Below, piece by piece: positions 60,677 to 64,000 of a DNA stretch of 64,000 nucleotides. The stretch is from assembly GCA_038247415.1 (NCBI GenBank), contig JBBRUX010000018.1:8633-72632 (forward strand), given 5' to 3'. The DNA comes from Chitinivibrionales bacterium. Its GTDB lineage: Bacteria; Fibrobacterota; Chitinivibrionia; Chitinivibrionales; WJKA01. The notes beneath the pieces were generated by a model that was given only the letters and a program-made list of their open reading frames with translations, was not told the origin of the DNA and searched no databases. The first letter of the stretch is position 1; each line of letters starts with the position of its first letter. The position numbers and the translations under genes were made by a program.

Positions 60677-61615
60677 TTAAGAATCCATCCACATTTTCTC
60701 GCCTTTTTTAATAATCAAAAATGTGATAAGACCAATGCAAATCATTGCCGCCACAAAAAGTGGGTATGCAATAAGAAGATGCTTTCCGCCAACAATAGCA
60801 GAAAATTCCGACATACCACCTAATCCTGCAAAAAAGCTTGGGACCGCCACTGCAATAACAATAGCATTAAGATTTTTCATCATAACGTTTAAATTATTGC
60901 TAATGATTGATGCCCGCGCATCCATTAAACCAGCTAGAACGTTCGAATAAATTTCGGCCTGCTTAACACACTGATTACTTTCGATGGTGAGGTCGTCTAT
61001 AAACTCAACATTTTCTAATGAGAATCCTAGTTTATTGGCATTTATTTTGAGTTTTTCGATTACCATAGAATTTGAATTAGTAGCATTGAGATAATAAACA
61101 AGGCTTTTTTCGAGCGTAAACATGTTCAGAAGGTACTTGTTTTCCATGGCCTGATTAATTTTCTGTTCGAGCGATTCAGATATCATATTGATAACTTTTA
61201 AATGCGATAAAAAATGCGTCACGATAGCATAATTGATGCGCAAAAGCACATCGGCAAGCGACGAAACACCAGCAAACACCTTGCCCTCAAAAAGTGGTGC
61301 CTCATCGGATTTAACGATAATTAATTTTTCTTTAAAAAGAAAAAAGCCAAGGGATGTCACTTTAAAGAGAAAATTATCTTCAGAAGAGTAATTTTTTGGT
61401 CGTTTAACAATTATGGCAACATGGTCAGGCTCAAGCTCAACGCGGCCAAGCTCATCAGGGTCGAGTGCCGAATCGATGTTATGCGAGTCGATATTAAACT
61501 CGGCATCCATTTTTTTCATTTCATTGGCATCAGGGGAAATAAAAACAAAAATAGATGATGATTGCTCAGGAGTTTCGACAATGCGATTCTCGGAGAGTGA
61601 GTAGGTTTTCAGCAT
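60677..61615 (-). CDS. corA: CorA family Mg2+ transporter
   Basis: ALDPDE, EKSLVY, SIISNNLN.MMK, two C-terminal TMs; loop reads GMS rather than the canonical GMN. Confidence 0.85.
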   Translation of the reverse strand: MLKTYSLSENRIVETPEQSSSIFVFISPDANEMKKMDAEFNIDSHNIDSALDPDELGRVELEPDHVAIIVKRPKNYSSEDNFLFKVTSLGFFLFKEKLIIVKSDEAPLFEGKVFAGVSSLADVLLRINYAIVTHFLSHLKVINMISESLEQKINQAMENKYLLNMFTLEKSLVYYLNATNSNSMVIEKLKINANKLGFSLENVEFIDDLTIESNQCVKQAEIYSNVLAGLMDARASIISNNLNVMMKNLNAIVIAVAVPSFFAGLGGMSEFSAIVGGKHLLIAYPLFVAAMICIGLITFLIIKKGEKMWMDS

Positions 61616-62045
61616 GGTTCACCGCCTTGGTTTGCAAAGTGTAACGCATGCCCCTTGTGCCAGGGTGCGAAAGACACATAGGACATAAAGCATTAAAATC
61701 TCCAAAGCACGTGCTTTGGCCAACCCAAAATAGCTTGTTTATTCTGGGCGATGCAAATCTTTTTTTTGCCACCAGCGCCCTACAACAAACTATACCCTCT
61801 TGCGCACAAAAAACGATACAATTCTCTTTATTATGAGAGTGGTCACATTAATTTAGCACAATTGCGCTATTACACCCGATTGCATTCAATTAATGCTTAA
61901 AATTCAATGGTGTAACCATAAGAATACATCAGATTTCATTAAGTGCTGAATACTAGCGGCAAAGCAGATATTATTTGATTATATTGAATCTGTAAACAAG
62001 ATTCGCATTTCACCTGAAAACCCAATTTCCTTACTAGGAGGATCT

Positions 62046-63449
62046 ATGCAATTTAACGTCAAAACCATTCTGCTCACCGTCTTAGCATCGGGATGTTTAT
62101 CGATTGCAAGCTCAACGGTAGTTTTTTCCGAAACTTTTTCTGCTGGAGGGGCACATTGGCCAATGTTTAGCACATCAGGAACTGTGGTGGATACGAGTAC
62201 AACAGGCCAATCCTTTAATCTTACCAGCAAAGGAACATCTTTAGGCGTTTTCCGCTTAAAAACACAAGGAATGCCCGCAAATATTTTCCCTGATACATTC
62301 TCCTATTCCATTACCATCAAATCCTTTGCCAGCACAAAATCGCGCCCCTTTGTTGGCCTAGGATTTAATGTAGGCGAAGATCTCGGTGGATACTACTTTT
62401 ATATTGATGCTTCGCAGACAGCTACTTTGTCCCGATTTCAAAATGCGCATGTAGGCTACAAGGCGCTTGCTTTCCTACCCAATTCAGGCCTTACCACGGC
62501 CGTAAATACGCTTACAATTTGCAAACGTGGAAAGCTCATTAATGCATATTGCAACAGCAAATTTGTTGCTTCAGTAACCGATTCCGCATACATTCCGGCA
62601 GATATTGCCCTTATAATTTCCGACTCTGCAAAAGCATCAATCGACGACATCTCTGTTACCAACACCTTTGATGCAACACCTGCAGACACTACCGTACTTC
62701 AAACCTTTACAGGGCCCACACTTTCAAACTGGTACACACACATAACACCCTCACGTAATGTGTATACCCCCGGAAAGCTTACAACAACCAACCTAGAACC
62801 TGCAAGCGGAGTTTCTCCCACGAGCGAATACACCTATGCAAACGGTAATTTTAAAAATGCTTCCTACAAGGCAATTGTTAAAAGATCCGGTGGGTCGAAT
62901 GCATCCGCAGAATACGGCATATCTCTTCTTGTAATTAACCAAACACCTTCAATGGGATATCAATATAAAACACTCTCATTTGTTATTAATTCGCTCTCTC
63001 AATACGGAATTATAATCCCCGATGCAACATCGTTTACTCTATCAACATCGAGTATAATCCCGCAGCCAATTCATGGGGGAACGTTCTACGACACTCTCAT
63101 TGTCAATAAAATTGGTGACAGGTACCAATTCCTAGTCAATAATGTTGTGCTGGGCGAAACAGCCATACCATCTTCTTTTGTACCCAACGCTGCCGGCATT
63201 GTTGTTTCTGCTGGATCAACCGTAGAAATAAGCTATTTTTTGGCTGCTACAAATCTTTCGAACGGAGTGCGCTCTCTATCGCACTATAATCAAGCTCGTA
63301 TGATTAACCAAGGTATACTGCCTCAAGCATTTGACATTAGAGGAAGGGCAGTATCAATGCCCAAAAGCTCGCATATTTCAGGGGTTCTTATAAAGCAATC
63401 GAATACATTGTCAACCAAGAGGTCGGGTCTTTTAATAAACCTTAGGTAA
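62046..63449 (+). CDS. Secreted protein with two beta-sandwich (ConA/LamG-like) domains and T9SS-like tail
   Basis: GGAGG RBS, signal peptide, duplicated beta-rich halves, QAFDIRGRAV. Confidence 0.65.
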   Translation: MQFNVKTILLTVLASGCLSIASSTVVFSETFSAGGAHWPMFSTSGTVVDTSTTGQSFNLTSKGTSLGVFRLKTQGMPANIFPDTFSYSITIKSFASTKSRPFVGLGFNVGEDLGGYYFYIDASQTATLSRFQNAHVGYKALAFLPNSGLTTAVNTLTICKRGKLINAYCNSKFVASVTDSAYIPADIALIISDSAKASIDDISVTNTFDATPADTTVLQTFTGPTLSNWYTHITPSRNVYTPGKLTTTNLEPASGVSPTSEYTYANGNFKNASYKAIVKRSGGSNASAEYGISLLVINQTPSMGYQYKTLSFVINSLSQYGIIIPDATSFTLSTSSIIPQPIHGGTFYDTLIVNKIGDRYQFLVNNVVLGETAIPSSFVPNAAGIVVSAGSTVEISYFLAATNLSNGVRSLSHYNQARMINQGILPQAFDIRGRAVSMPKSSHISGVLIKQSNTLSTKRSGLLINLR

Positions 63450-63476
63450 GCGTCATCGCAGCGTATACTAACAGCT

Positions 63477-63522
63477 AAAAAACACCATCCCTCAAATAAT
63501 CTTGAACGGATGGTGTTTTTTT
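63477..63522. terminator. Bidirectional terminator
   Basis: AAAAAACACCATCC...GGATGGTGTTTTTT between convergent genes. Confidence 0.8.
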
Positions 63523-63532
63523 ATGGGGATAC

Positions 63533-63946
63533 TTATTTAGATTCGGGGTGGAGTAATTCTTCCTGCATGGTATGGATGCCAATATTTGTTACCTCGCCGG
63601 TCTCCAGATCATACAGCGCCCCAATAATTTTTAGTTTGCCCTCAGAAACCATAGTTCTGAGCTCTTCGCTTCGTTTAAAAATATCCTCAACTGTTTGCCA
63701 CACATTTGCCTTAATAGTTTTATTTACAAATTCATCGAGATTAGTACCTTTATAAGCAGCACGCGTTTTCTTGACAGCAGGAATTATGTTATCGATGATG
63801 CTCGGAATATTCCCACCTACTTTTGCATCGGTACACGCGGCAGTTACCGCACCACATTTTGTATGCCCCAAAACAACGAGCAACTTTGTGCCTAAATGCC
63901 CCACACCATATTCAAGGGACCCACGCTCAGTAGGATCGGCGATATT
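63533..63946 (-). CDS. Beta-class carbonic anhydrase, C-terminal part (5' end replaced by a fold-back)
   Basis: NIAD...GSLEYGVGHLG..LLVVLGHTKCGAV, ANV, GALYDLETGEV; the N-terminal CxDxR motif is absent. Confidence 0.88.
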   Translation of the reverse strand, partial: NIADPTERGSLEYGVGHLGTKLLVVLGHTKCGAVTAACTDAKVGGNIPSIIDNIIPAVKKTRAAYKGTNLDEFVNKTIKANVWQTVEDIFKRSEELRTMVSEGKLKIIGALYDLETGEVTNIGIHTMQEELLHPESK

Positions 63947-64000
63947 ACTGAGCTTGGGTCCCTTGAATATGGTGTGGGGCATTTAGGCACAAAGTTGCTC
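63878..64000. repeat. Fold-back inverted repeat centred at 63939, running off the window
   Basis: 63878-63923 is the exact reverse complement of 63955-64000; the inner part pairs with 3 mismatches. Confidence 0.95.

Noticed and set aside
63947..63982. N-terminus MPHTIFKGPKLS of the carbonic anhydrase ORF
   Set aside because: It is the reverse complement of the gene's own downstream codons, produced by the fold-back

Overview
Bacterial chromosomal segment, most likely Fibrobacterota (Chitinivibrionales/Chitinispirillaceae-like). This placement is inferred from PorV plus many secreted proteins with T9SS-like tails, sigma54 flagellar regulators and a double-GntR/LacI regulator. Left part: a 5'-truncated Ser/Thr kinase operon with a large Ig/Calx-beta surface protein, a hldD-fapA-TPR-flgN-like-kinase-sigma54 regulator operon, fliN, PorV/M23, cobO, fprA and a TonB/TBDR operon. 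Middle part: a GH94 laminaribiose phosphorylase-like enzyme, several secreted glycan-active candidates, a DEAD-box helicase and deletion-riddled pseudogenes. A GC-richer island at about 44.8-50.4 kb holds a decayed GH27, a nonsense-interrupted secreted protein, the double-GntR regulator and an AlbA_2/Schlafen-like protein. Right part: housekeeping genes (M16 peptidase, CNNM, rpsT, lysA, DUF4388, corA). No rRNA, tRNA, CRISPR array, integrase or transposase was seen. Best leads: an exported HEAT-repeat protein with two Hfq/Sm-like modules, three candidate structured RNAs (16.7 kb, 25.8 kb, corA leader), a 23-bp direct repeat bracketing a regulator+cargo unit, and a 9-mer repeat array upstream of the AlbA_2 gene. 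The window ends in a fold-back inside a carbonic anhydrase gene, probably an artefact. All calls were made by eye; no searches were run.
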